Source: Candidatus Peribacteria bacterium
GTDB taxonomy: Bacteria > Patescibacteriota > Gracilibacteria > UBA1369 > LOWO2-01-FULL-3
DNA: 64,000 bases
Direction: 5' to 3'
Assembly (NCBI GenBank): GCA_943357285.1
Contig: CALRGJ010000006.1
Coordinates: forward strand, 10,428-74,427
The position numbers and the translations under genes were made by a program. Position 1 is the first letter of the stretch, and every line of letters begins with the position of its first letter. Below are positions 7,677 to 17,186 of this stretch, one piece after another. The notes beneath the pieces were generated by a model. The model searched no databases, was not told the origin of the DNA, and saw nothing but the letters and a program-made list of their open reading frames with translations.

Positions 7677-9935
7677 CTATTTACATGTAGGGGATTTTAC
7701 TGGTGCTTTGATGCGTACAAGCACGCTGGCATTTGGAGTAGCGATGTCAACGTAGTACGTTTTAAGCGTTGGAGGGGTTGTTGGATTGAAGGTAAGTGGA
7801 CCATCGTATGGATTCCAGACTTCGATCGGTGGCTGATTTTTTTCATCAACCAGGATCTTGATTCCTTCAGGACCTCCTTTAATCAATCCCACCATGGGGA
7901 GTTCATCACAACCTCCCTGTATGGAAGGAATCATGAAATAGCCCATAGGCATTAGTTCAACTGTAATGAAACTGTAGGTGTCGGTGCCAGGGATGAGGTG
8001 GGAAATTGACCACTGCCCACCTGGGGAACCGATCCACACAGAGAAGCCTTTCTCAGGGTCGCAGGTCCAGTTTTGAGTATCTACTAGACACTGCCCACCA
8101 ATGCACTTTCCCACCGGGCAGTTGTAGCAGGGATCCGCTTTGCACTTGTTGGCTGAGTTGCAGATCTGACCTTCCGGACATGAGGGACACAGTTGGCTGA
8201 GGCCATCGCATCCGGGATTTGTCATTGCACACTTGCCACATTCGCATCCGAGTTCTTCGCAGGACTGAACTTTGCATTTGTAGTGACATTTACCATCGAC
8301 AGCTGAGCAGAATTTGTCGTTGGGACATGTCCCGCAACTTCCGCCACACGAGTCCGAGCCGCACTCATTTTGGTAGCAGGCGGGCTTGCAGGTTTGTGTA
8401 TCCTTGCCGTCCGTGCTTGCATAAAAACTTCCAGCATCCTGCTCTCCTGTGCCGCCGCCGTACTGACCGCTGCCGGGATTTTCATCCTGAGAAACGGTGC
8501 TCTGACCTTGGCCGCACATGTAGCCCGACTGATTGCACTCGCACCCGCCCTGACACTTGTTTTTGTAACAGTAGCAGGGCGAAAGTGAAGTGATCATTCG
8601 CGCATACTCGCCGCGTGTCACGAATTCGTAGGGGTCGTATTGCAGAAGATCCTTGTCGATTCCGTTGTAGTAGGCGATGGTTTGCAGATACTTGTAGGAC
8701 CAGTCGCTGCTCTTGAGTTTCAGGAATTTGGCATACATGCCGGTCTTGAGTTCCGCCTTGTTGGCTTTGACCGCAGACTCGACTGCCATTTTCGCTGCTT
8801 CCGAGAAGTAAATCTCCTGTTCAGGGTTGAAGTGATCGTTGTCCTTGCTGATGACGCCGTACTTCACGCCGCAGACCACGAAGGGATAGAACCATTGAGA
8901 AGGATTTACATCCGTGAATGGTTCCAGAGTTCCTTCGCAGTCTTTGTCGAGACCGAAAAGAGCCAGTGCAATTTTCAGCGCTTCCGCTCGGGTGAGGTTA
9001 TCATCCTTGTGGAATTTACCGTCGCTTTTGCCGCTCACGGCACACTCGTGCCAGAGGTAGTTCACTGCCCAGGCAGTAGTGCTATCCGAAGAACTGAGAT
9101 CCTTGAAAGGAGTCTCGCTCTTGTTCTCGCAGTCCTCATTCATCGGGCATTGCATCTCGCAGACTTGAGGCGGATCAGGCTCCTGCTCTGGAGGGGTGGG
9201 TTCTTCTTGAGAATTATCCACTTCCGAGCAGTCAGCCTTTTCCACGTTTGTCAGCTTGAGCGCAGTGTAGATGCCATCCGTATAGATGTCGTTGCCGACG
9301 ATGCACTTAGGCACGCCGTTGCCGTCAGTGAATCCCATCTCGATGGGCAGGTGAGTCTCGCAGTCCTCGAACTGGAAGTGGAGGTGAGCACCTGAAACAT
9401 TTCCAGTCTTGCCGATTTCTCCGATCTTAAGACCCTGACACACCTCCATATCCTGAGCCACGCTTACGGACCCATCAAGCATGTGTGCGTAACGAGTGCA
9501 GATGTTGTTGCCATGATTGAGCAGCACGAAGTTGCCCCAGCCCTTGGATTTGCCAATCTCCTTCACGGAGCCGTCAGCAGAAGCCAACACTGAATCACCC
9601 ATGTCAGAATCTTCAGGCAAGCTGAAGTCCCAACTGAAAACCGCGTGCTCCAGAACAGTATGAGACGAATCGCAGAACGAGAGCGGATCTGTACCATACT
9701 TTTGATCGCACGCCTCGCAATGCATGCCCCAGGACTGAGTGATTTCCCAGTTGTAGCCCTGCGGCACCGGCACCTTGAAGTTGCTGCCGATGAGGTGGAG
9801 GCGATTGATCGAGTAGCCGACTTCAGTAGAAGTAGTATCGAATTGAATGGAGTTAATCTCCTTTTCCTTGTTGTTGGAATTGCACGCCGTGATCACCATG
9901 ATCATGACGAGCAGCTTGTAGATGTTGTGCAGCAT
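7677..9935 (-). CDS. lipoprotein with M23 peptidase domain, three SLH-like repeats and a cysteine-rich region
   Basis: Lipobox VITAC. M23 motifs (GSVKEIG...GNFVLLNHG...TRYAHM...GNVSGAHLHFQFE). SLH-like repeats (FKDLSSSD..TAWAVNYL...LTRAEALKIA; FTDVNPSQWFYPFV). A Cys-dense block (CGSDSCGGSCGTCPNDKFC...). Strong SD aaGGAGAAAgctcATG. The gene is much richer in G+C than its neighbours. Confidence 0.85.
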   Translation of the reverse strand: MLHNIYKLLVMIMVITACNSNNKEKEINSIQFDTTSTEVGYSINRLHLIGSNFKVPVPQGYNWEITQSWGMHCEACDQKYGTDPLSFCDSSHTVLEHAVFSWDFSLPEDSDMGDSVLASADGSVKEIGKSKGWGNFVLLNHGNNICTRYAHMLDGSVSVAQDMEVCQGLKIGEIGKTGNVSGAHLHFQFEDCETHLPIEMGFTDGNGVPKCIVGNDIYTDGIYTALKLTNVEKADCSEVDNSQEEPTPPEQEPDPPQVCEMQCPMNEDCENKSETPFKDLSSSDSTTAWAVNYLWHECAVSGKSDGKFHKDDNLTRAEALKIALALFGLDKDCEGTLEPFTDVNPSQWFYPFVVCGVKYGVISKDNDHFNPEQEIYFSEAAKMAVESAVKANKAELKTGMYAKFLKLKSSDWSYKYLQTIAYYNGIDKDLLQYDPYEFVTRGEYARMITSLSPCYCYKNKCQGGCECNQSGYMCGQGQSTVSQDENPGSGQYGGGTGEQDAGSFYASTDGKDTQTCKPACYQNECGSDSCGGSCGTCPNDKFCSAVDGKCHYKCKVQSCEELGCECGKCAMTNPGCDGLSQLCPSCPEGQICNSANKCKADPCYNCPVGKCIGGQCLVDTQNWTCDPEKGFSVWIGSPGGQWSISHLIPGTDTYSFITVELMPMGYFMIPSIQGGCDELPMVGLIKGGPEGIKILVDEKNQPPIEVWNPYDGPLTFNPTTPPTLKTYYVDIATPNASVLVRIKAPVKSPTCK

Positions 9936-10250
9936 GAGCTTTCTCCTTGTTGTAAACAGACTGAGATGTCAAAGAACATGCCGTGTATTTCACGGCTAAA
10001 GTTCACCTAGACTATTGATTCTTGGAACGAAGGTATCTCTCGATCCTCTTATTCACGTATGAACCACAATGCAACCTTCATGCTAATACAATAAAAAAAA
10101 TCTCAAAATAAAATATAAATAAAAAAGCCTAAAGAGCAGCAGCAAAACAAAAACTAAACTTAAAAAGTGTTGAACAGGTCCGTTCGACACAAAATATTTG
10201 CAAAAAAAAATAGCCCGTAGCTTAATGTAAACATTTATAACAATTCAAAT

Positions 10251-10949
10251 ATGAATAAGATTATTTTACTTTTATGTATATTCCTGACCCTTACAGCGTG
10301 TGAGCAAAAAACAATTATTTCAACACGAAATTCAGCAGCAGAAACAGACTACAAGAAAATTAGTGAGTCAATAACTGAAGCTGCCTTCAAAGCGACACCA
10401 TTGATGTCTCAAATTAAGAATCCAAAATTACTTTCAGATTCATACTGTGCAAAAACTACCGACAAAAATGAAGTTCAAAAAATTATAATAAATGAGAATA
10501 TCGCGACTAAATTTGAAAGCAGCCTTGATGCCCTCTATTCTGGAAAAGAAAATAAATTTCAAGTTGGAAGCGCTTATAAAGTTTGCAAGAAAAATAAAGA
10601 AATTTACGTTATTTTTCGATCAACTACGGATCCATCGTTTTTAATTGCTATATGGAAAGATGAAAATTCATTCGATTTCTTCCATGATGAGAATAAAGAA
10701 ATAAAATACTTTGGTAACGATGGTGGAGTGACATATTTATTGGCTGATGCTCAGAGCCCAAACAGTCTTGTTTATATGGCTGCACAAGATTCGCCGTCTT
10801 TTTCTTGGATGATAGACTCTTTGGATCCAAATACTTTAGAAGCTAGACAAATTGAAAATTGTAAAATAGCTTTTGAGTACAAATCAAAGCCATTCTCGGT
10901 AAATACCACTAAATCAACTCTCACCTGCGACAAGCAGTATAAGCCTTGA
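10251..10949 (+). CDS. hypothetical lipoprotein
   Basis: Signal peptide with lipobox LTLTAC. No recognisable domain. Confidence 0.6.
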   Translation: MNKIILLLCIFLTLTACEQKTIISTRNSAAETDYKKISESITEAAFKATPLMSQIKNPKLLSDSYCAKTTDKNEVQKIIINENIATKFESSLDALYSGKENKFQVGSAYKVCKKNKEIYVIFRSTTDPSFLIAIWKDENSFDFFHDENKEIKYFGNDGGVTYLLADAQSPNSLVYMAAQDSPSFSWMIDSLDPNTLEARQIENCKIAFEYKSKPFSVNTTKSTLTCDKQYKP

Positions 10950-10970
10950 GTTTACAAAATTTTGCCCACA

Positions 10971-11002
10971 AAAAAAGGCCCCACAATTCAGAGGGGCCTT
11001 TT
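10971..11002. terminator. bidirectional rho-independent terminator
   Basis: AAAAAA-GGCCCC-acaattcaga-GGGGCC-TTTT lies between convergent genes ending at 10949 and 11015. Confidence 0.65.
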
Positions 11003-11014
11003 AAATAATATCTA

Positions 11015-11602
11015 TTACAAGATCATATCAAATACCAAATTATCTACAGATTCAGCTATATCTTTTCCTCCATAAATTACCATGTCGTAATCTCCAAAAG
11101 CATTGCTTACATAATACATAATTTGTTTTACATCTCCTCCAACATCCGCACGTACGGATCTAGCTCCACTTATATCAGTTTTTCTAGCAGATACATCTTT
11201 CTCATCATATCCAGAAGCGGCGTTTACCTGCTTTTTTAGTAAATCAGCATCAGCAACTGTTCCATCAATACCACTCATATCAGCCAATTTATCAGACGGA
11301 TTTGTCGGCTTGAAATCTCTTGTTGCCAACCATATTTTTGGTGCTTTTGAATTATCAGCTGTTCCGAAAGATAATATTTTTCCGAAACCAACCTCTGCCT
11401 TCAAGTTTGTAACCACAGGTTCTCCCCATAATTTGTCATAACAAAACTGTAATGTGGAATCAGGCAATTTATATGCTACCTCTGAATTATCACATGCTAT
11501 TACTGCAGTTGCAGGATTAAATCTAACGGGAGTTGCAGTCTTTGTCCCTCCGCAAGCAGTCAGCATTACAGCTGCCATAGTTACTACAAGTATTTTTTTC
11601 AT
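11015..11602 (-). CDS. hypothetical lipoprotein, last gene of the sigma/A2M-like operon
   Basis: Lipobox MLTACGG. It lies 61 nt downstream of the giant gene on the same strand and is followed by the terminator at 10971-11002. Confidence 0.6.
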   Translation of the reverse strand: MKKILVVTMAAVMLTACGGTKTATPVRFNPATAVIACDNSEVAYKLPDSTLQFCYDKLWGEPVVTNLKAEVGFGKILSFGTADNSKAPKIWLATRDFKPTNPSDKLADMSGIDGTVADADLLKKQVNAASGYDEKDVSARKTDISGARSVRADVGGDVKQIMYYVSNAFGDYDMVIYGGKDIAESVDNLVFDMIL

Positions 11603-11663
11603 ATAATTTTGTTTATTAGTTAGCCTACAAATTCTACATAAGTCACCACTTCCTTACAAGCCC

Positions 11664-14600
11664 TTACTTCGCCGGATTAATTTTTATCATAGCCGGTTCA
11701 GATATATTTGCCACATTATGATCATAGAATGAAGTGATTTTTGCCGGATCAGCATAGAAAGTACCCGGATTTACCACCTTCGCGTAATACACTATCTTTG
11801 ATCTGGATGTTCCATGAATTACTTCTTTGAAATATGGGAACCAGCAGAAACTAATTTCCTGACCATTAATCATAAATGGATAGCTCAAATTTGTATCAAA
11901 AGTACTTCCATACATTGGCATATAGCTGATTGCAGGGGTTAGTCCGCTTGGTAGAATATCTGTAATTCTATAAAACGGTGAAGCTACGGAACCAGGACTT
12001 CCCAAATCAATCTCTACTCTTACTAAATCACCTTCATTAAATTCTGTGGTTTCTTTTCCATTCACTAAATATTTTCTCGTAATGTTGAGTCTGGAATCTT
12101 TCTTGAATTCCGCCGGTTCAACACCATCTCTGTAGTTCAATACGGCAGCAAGTGATCCCTCACTCACTGATACTGCCACCACGTCACCTGGAGAAGCCAA
12201 AATAGATTTAGACTCGCCGGTTTTTATGGAAACATTTTCGCTAGCTTGATTCAATTTATATTTAAATGAAACAGGTGAAGTCTTCGCATTTTTTATAGCA
12301 CCTGTAACATATCCAAGTTCATATAAATTGGTCAGATCTTCATTACCAAAACCACTCATGTTTACTCCTTTCCATAACGTCTCAGCAGTAAGTACATCAT
12401 TGATTGAGGAAGCTAGATCCGCACCCAAGGCAAGATTATGGATTCCCGTATTGCTAGTGTCTCCAACCAGCTTAGTTGATACTTCCTGAAGAATCTTTCT
12501 TGCATCCGGGTAGCTACCAATCTTCGCATAAGCTAGACCAAGGTATAGTTTTTGTTGAACAGATAATTCTTTAGCTTTAGCAATTTCTCTAATATCTAGT
12601 AGCACTGGTTCTTTCATGCTCGCCAAGCCTAAAAGTGAAAGAACTATGTCATCCAAATTAGATTTTGGATCTTTAAATACGTTATAGAAATATCTCTTCA
12701 GCTCATGTTTGCTATATCTATCTAAATTCACATCAAAAGCCACAACTAGTGCGGAAAGTTTCAAGTCATTGCTAGCATATGGTAGTAACGCCAATCCACC
12801 ATCTCTTTGGTAGCTCTCTAAAATATAATTACCTTCATCTTCATCGTGCTGTGCAAATTCTTTACCGAAATATTTTTTTAGAATATCTGCTGCCGCTTTG
12901 CTCGCCACTATTTGATCAAGACGTTTACCATCATTATAATAAAGAGAAAGTAAATTGTAATAATAATATGCTACGCCACTATCTAGGAATTGGATTTCAG
13001 TCTGCCCTTGTTTACCAAGGTTAAAGACAGTTTTATCATCAATATTTCTGATAGTCTTTACTACATCTTGAGTCAGACGTGATCCCTTCACCTCAAAAGG
13101 TTTTTTCATGGCGTCTTTCATTGATCTTGAATCAGCTTTTACTGTCACATCATGAGTTCCAAGAGGAAGAGCAGGTAGATTGAAATAGCTTCCAACAAAG
13201 GCCTTCCCATCAATAGCTTTTCCTTTTACTCCATCAACATCTGGATTGAATGTAACGGCATCACCATCTTTTAATTCTTTACCATAAGCTCTGAATTTAA
13301 TCATCGGATTATCTTTCTCTGAATATTCACGGTTCATCACCATGTCTACAAAGAAAGGTAGAGTCACTTTGATATTTTTTGTTTCAGTTCCGGCACTAAG
13401 ACTATCTATGTTAATTGCTGTAGCAAGAATTCTCCAAGAAGTGATATTGTCAGGAACTTTGAATTTTACTGATCCACGACCATCGGAACCTACGTCAGCG
13501 CTATAGAAAAGTGCAGTGTCCTTAAACTGCTGTCTTACATAATAGGCACCGTCACCTTTTTCATTATGAACAAAGAATCCATTGGCAAAATAGGTGTGAT
13601 AATCTTTAATTTCCATATTATAAACATCTACACTCTTCACTACTGGTCTCATTGAAGCAATCTTAATTAAGTGACCATCTTTATCAACCATACTGTCACC
13701 TAATTTTAAGTCTGCAACCTTTATCCATTGTCCATTAGCAAAGACTACATGTTCAGCTGTCACTTCAAGATTTTCATTGATAACAAAATATTCTGAAACA
13801 TTTTTGATAGTCTTTCCCACAACTTCTGCAGGAATTAATTTTGATGAAAATTCATTTTCTTTTGTGAGAATTTTGTCACCCTTTTTAATATCTTTAATTG
13901 CTTTCGTAGTGCCATCCGCCATAGAGATTTGAGTTTCACCGGTAAAACATCCGCCTTTCCCACCCTCACCAGATTTGGCATTTAGTGGATTATTATGCGT
14001 AAAGTAGCTCAATAAAATTCCTGAACCGGATGAGTAATATATTTGTTCCAAAGGATCGCTCATACCTGAATACACAGTTTTGTAGTAAGCCTCATCTACG
14101 ATGTTGAAATTTATTTTTGCAGGCATTGGGGCACCATCATTGTTGGTAACATAAACCGACAAACTAACTTCTTCACCAGGTTTATATTCTTCTTTGTTAC
14201 TATCAATTTTCAATTTCAAATTTTTCATCTCCCTCTTGTATTCGATATTTGTGCTGTTGGCCTGTTTATAAGTTTTTCCATCGAACCAAACTCCATCCAC
14301 AAATACATTCGGAACATTATCTTTTGAGAATTTGAAAGAATAATATGGAGAATCTTTAATCTCATATTTTTGTATACCATTACTTTCCTGCATGAATAAA
14401 AATCTACCTTTTGTTTCTTTTGGTAAATCAATAGTGTAGTTCTTTGAAATTACCGTATCCACAGTTTCTCCTATATCAAAACGGTAATTTGAGCCGTTCC
14501 AATATTCATTGGAATTTTTTGAAAGATTTTCTTTTAATACTTTCATGCTGTAATACTCATAATCATTTGAACCATCGCTCATATCTCCATAAACATAAGA

Positions 14601-17183
14601 TGTAGAGTAAGCTGGACCATTTTGATCATCAATAGTTTTTAGCGCAACAATATAATATTTATCTGAATCGATAGGGAACTGATAGCTTGCTTCTCCATTC
14701 TCATTTGTCACCCCGCTTATTGACGCAATTTTTTCTTTTTTCTGCGTGTAGTTATAGGTTTTTGCAGTCACTTTATTTATAAAATCATAATATTCACCGC
14801 TTTCTTCTTTGTCCCAACTTACTTGAATAATATTGCCGGTAAAATTTCTATTTTTAGCAACATCACCAAGATAGTCATCGTAACTTTTCTCGCTGGCATT
14901 GTTTATTCTTTTTAAATCCACCCACTTGGTTTTTACCGCTAAATTGGCAACTGTCGTGCCATCATCTTTTTTCACTGTCTCGGCTCTGCTCGCGATATTT
15001 AAGTGAGAATTAAATATTCTCACATCATTATTCGCTTGGATAGCACTTTCCTCGGATAATTTTGATTCAATATTATAATAGAAATAATTTATATCTGAGC
15101 AGTATTCTTCGTACTCATAAGTACAATCACTTTTTTTAGCTACCATGCTCGCCTTCGCTTCACCTTTAGTATTTGTAGTAAAAGTTTTTGATTTATTGGA
15201 AGAATCCAGCTGTCCATTATCCGTGATAGCTAAATTTGCAACCGGAGTCCCATCAAAAAATTCCGATTTAATATTGAAGTTTACCGTCTCTCCTACAAAC
15301 ACTGCATGTTTATCATTCTCCATCGTGAGATTATATGCAGGTTTAATATAATCTTCGACTTCAAAAGTAGTGGATGAAATCTGATCTTCACCTTGATAAA
15401 TTTGTATTGAGTAAGTAGATGGAGTGAAACTCTTTATCTCAAATTCACCCTCTATTGCCCCATCTTTATCAAATGTCAGTGGAATTTCTCTTACAAAAGT
15501 ATCCCAGTTATGCATTAGCTTCACCTTCAAATTATCAGGTTTGGCCACTCCGCTTTTTGGAGTAACGAATCCCCAGAAATGAACTTTATCCGTTGGTTTA
15601 TATTTTGAACGATCAGTAATAAGAGTCTTCCAGTAACTCATGCTCTTGTCTACCGAGAAGTAAACATAACCATCCAAAGGTGTAACTAAAGTCTTTCCAT
15701 CCGGAGCAGTTATTTTTGCGAAAGAAGCTACCATTTCACCATTTGTATCCGTAAAATCTTTCCAGGACTGAGGAGTTGTGAATTTTGCAATTCCATCACT
15801 TCCGGTTTTGATTACTTGATCAAGATCTTTGATTTGAATAGTAGCACCTTCCACCGGTTTTCCGGTTTGCAAATCATTCACCCAAATTACAGAATCAGTT
15901 ATAGAAGTCGTAATATAAGAAGATAAATCCGTTATTTGCACCAAAGTTTGAGCCTTATGGCCATTGTCATCTACCTGGAATAAGTAGTAGCCTTTATCTA
16001 AAGTTTTCTCTGGCAAGTATAGATATGAATTCCAGCGTGGGGTCTCTATAAGACCTTGCATGCTTCCCAAATCCTGCAATCCTGTAGTTGAGTGCAAATA
16101 CTTATTATTTGAATAATAAGCCCAGCGAGGAACATTTGCTGAATTCTTAAGCGCACTCAAATACTGGTTTTGATCGGTATACTTGTAGACTTGAATCGAA
16201 ACATCTTTCTTGCCCTGTTGCTCAAAACTATAAGAATAAACCTCCATTGCTATAGAACTTGTTGGAGAAATTTCATAGTAATCTTTGCTGAAATTGAAAT
16301 TTTGACCTGATGTAGATGGCCCTCCGTCTGTTTCAAATTTAAAAACAAAATCTTTTTCCAGTTTTTTGTCGGTATCTTTGATGCCAAATCCTTGCTTCAA
16401 TTTTACTGTATAAATAGTTTCAGAATTCAAAGGACTATTTGGTATGAAGCTCATAATTCTATCATGTTTTTCAAATCTTCCATCCACTTTAGGACTTATT
16501 TCAAAGAAATTTTGGACATTTTTGAAATCATAAGAAGCATGGCTGAAATTAATTTCAATTCCTGTATTTGTAGGCACGTAGCTGGATGCATTTGTTGGAA
16601 TACTTCCGTCGACTTTGAAATTATCTTGAATTTGATAAGCCCAACTTTGATCGCCATCATCAGTTTCAATATAGAAATTATATATTGTATTAGCCTCTAG
16701 TCCCTTTACCGCCTCCACTCTATATTTTCCTTTATCGGTTTTCTCAACATTGAGTTTAACTTCCGGCTGAACTTTTAGATTTTCCTTAATAATATCGACA
16801 CTGAGATCTTCGCTTGCAGTTAGAGTAAACCCACTATCGCTAGCCACTCCGCTCGCATCTTCAGTGATTGCCACCATCTCGAAATCCGCATATACAACCT
16901 GCATATTTGATCCAAACCAACCACGCAAACCACTGCTGAATACTAGAGCAACAATCAAAAGTCCTGAGATAACTGAAACTGATACTAATCTTTCCGGCAT
17001 CTTGAAAAGTGATTTGAATAAATCAACAAAAGTAGCTTTTTTATCTGTAACATCTTCCGCAATTTCGGCAGTGTGCTGTTTTTTCTTCATATCAACTTTC
17101 TTAGATATATATTTCCATAGATATTCTTTGCTCTTCTTGAGCTCTAGGTTATCCACCGACCTATTTGTGTATTTTTTATCCAT
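11664..17183 (-). CDS. membrane-anchored alpha-2-macroglobulin-like protein with embedded Hint domain (possible anti-sigma fusion)
   Basis: 1839 aa. The N-terminal ~65 aa are hydrophilic, then one TM (LVSVSVISGLLIVALVF), then long beta-rich MG-like repeats. An A2M_N_2-like segment (KPGEEVSLSVYV...NFNIVDEAYY) and the A2M signature (RQQFKDTALF...VPDNITSWRILA) follow. The TED-like region (YQRDGGLALLPY) has no CxEQ. The start lies 3 nt after the sigma-factor stop. Confidence 0.85.
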   Translation of the reverse strand: MDKKYTNRSVDNLELKKSKEYLWKYISKKVDMKKKQHTAEIAEDVTDKKATFVDLFKSLFKMPERLVSVSVISGLLIVALVFSSGLRGWFGSNMQVVYADFEMVAITEDASGVASDSGFTLTASEDLSVDIIKENLKVQPEVKLNVEKTDKGKYRVEAVKGLEANTIYNFYIETDDGDQSWAYQIQDNFKVDGSIPTNASSYVPTNTGIEINFSHASYDFKNVQNFFEISPKVDGRFEKHDRIMSFIPNSPLNSETIYTVKLKQGFGIKDTDKKLEKDFVFKFETDGGPSTSGQNFNFSKDYYEISPTSSIAMEVYSYSFEQQGKKDVSIQVYKYTDQNQYLSALKNSANVPRWAYYSNNKYLHSTTGLQDLGSMQGLIETPRWNSYLYLPEKTLDKGYYLFQVDDNGHKAQTLVQITDLSSYITTSITDSVIWVNDLQTGKPVEGATIQIKDLDQVIKTGSDGIAKFTTPQSWKDFTDTNGEMVASFAKITAPDGKTLVTPLDGYVYFSVDKSMSYWKTLITDRSKYKPTDKVHFWGFVTPKSGVAKPDNLKVKLMHNWDTFVREIPLTFDKDGAIEGEFEIKSFTPSTYSIQIYQGEDQISSTTFEVEDYIKPAYNLTMENDKHAVFVGETVNFNIKSEFFDGTPVANLAITDNGQLDSSNKSKTFTTNTKGEAKASMVAKKSDCTYEYEEYCSDINYFYYNIESKLSEESAIQANNDVRIFNSHLNIASRAETVKKDDGTTVANLAVKTKWVDLKRINNASEKSYDDYLGDVAKNRNFTGNIIQVSWDKEESGEYYDFINKVTAKTYNYTQKKEKIASISGVTNENGEASYQFPIDSDKYYIVALKTIDDQNGPAYSTSYVYGDMSDGSNDYEYYSMKVLKENLSKNSNEYWNGSNYRFDIGETVDTVISKNYTIDLPKETKGRFLFMQESNGIQKYEIKDSPYYSFKFSKDNVPNVFVDGVWFDGKTYKQANSTNIEYKREMKNLKLKIDSNKEEYKPGEEVSLSVYVTNNDGAPMPAKINFNIVDEAYYKTVYSGMSDPLEQIYYSSGSGILLSYFTHNNPLNAKSGEGGKGGCFTGETQISMADGTTKAIKDIKKGDKILTKENEFSSKLIPAEVVGKTIKNVSEYFVINENLEVTAEHVVFANGQWIKVADLKLGDSMVDKDGHLIKIASMRPVVKSVDVYNMEIKDYHTYFANGFFVHNEKGDGAYYVRQQFKDTALFYSADVGSDGRGSVKFKVPDNITSWRILATAINIDSLSAGTETKNIKVTLPFFVDMVMNREYSEKDNPMIKFRAYGKELKDGDAVTFNPDVDGVKGKAIDGKAFVGSYFNLPALPLGTHDVTVKADSRSMKDAMKKPFEVKGSRLTQDVVKTIRNIDDKTVFNLGKQGQTEIQFLDSGVAYYYYNLLSLYYNDGKRLDQIVASKAAADILKKYFGKEFAQHDEDEGNYILESYQRDGGLALLPYASNDLKLSALVVAFDVNLDRYSKHELKRYFYNVFKDPKSNLDDIVLSLLGLASMKEPVLLDIREIAKAKELSVQQKLYLGLAYAKIGSYPDARKILQEVSTKLVGDTSNTGIHNLALGADLASSINDVLTAETLWKGVNMSGFGNEDLTNLYELGYVTGAIKNAKTSPVSFKYKLNQASENVSIKTGESKSILASPGDVVAVSVSEGSLAAVLNYRDGVEPAEFKKDSRLNITRKYLVNGKETTEFNEGDLVRVEIDLGSPGSVASPFYRITDILPSGLTPAISYMPMYGSTFDTNLSYPFMINGQEISFCWFPYFKEVIHGTSRSKIVYYAKVVNPGTFYADPAKITSFYDHNVANISEPAMIKINPAK
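13563..13949 (-). other. Hint / mini-intein-like (BIL-like) domain inside the A2M-like CDS
   Basis: Residues 1079-1207 read CFTGETQISMADG...LEVTAEHVV...DYHTYFANGFFVHN. This gives Cys1, the TxxH block B and the terminal His-Asn. It is 129 aa with no endonuclease insert. The +1 residue is Glu (HN|EKGDG). Confidence 0.8.
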
Positions 17184-17186
17184 TGT

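Noticed and set aside
7599-7955. 118-aa plus-strand ORF spanning the M23 terminator and the 3' end of the gene
   Set aside because: It overlaps a convincing terminator hairpin and the C-terminus of a well-supported CDS, and its sequence is low-complexity.
8006-9395. Cluster of 60-250-aa ORFs on both strands inside the M23 gene (8006-8200, 8053-8289, 8219-8593, 8222-8485, 8370-8588, 8640-9395, 9645-10010)
   Set aside because: These are shadow ORFs expected in GC-rich sequence. They have no SD or motifs, and the 752-aa frame has clear M23/SLH domains throughout.
13563-13949. Canonical self-splicing intein
   Set aside because: The residue after the terminal His-Asn is Glu, not Cys/Ser/Thr, so transesterification to the C-extein cannot occur. 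I reclassified it as a Hint/BIL-like autoprocessing domain.
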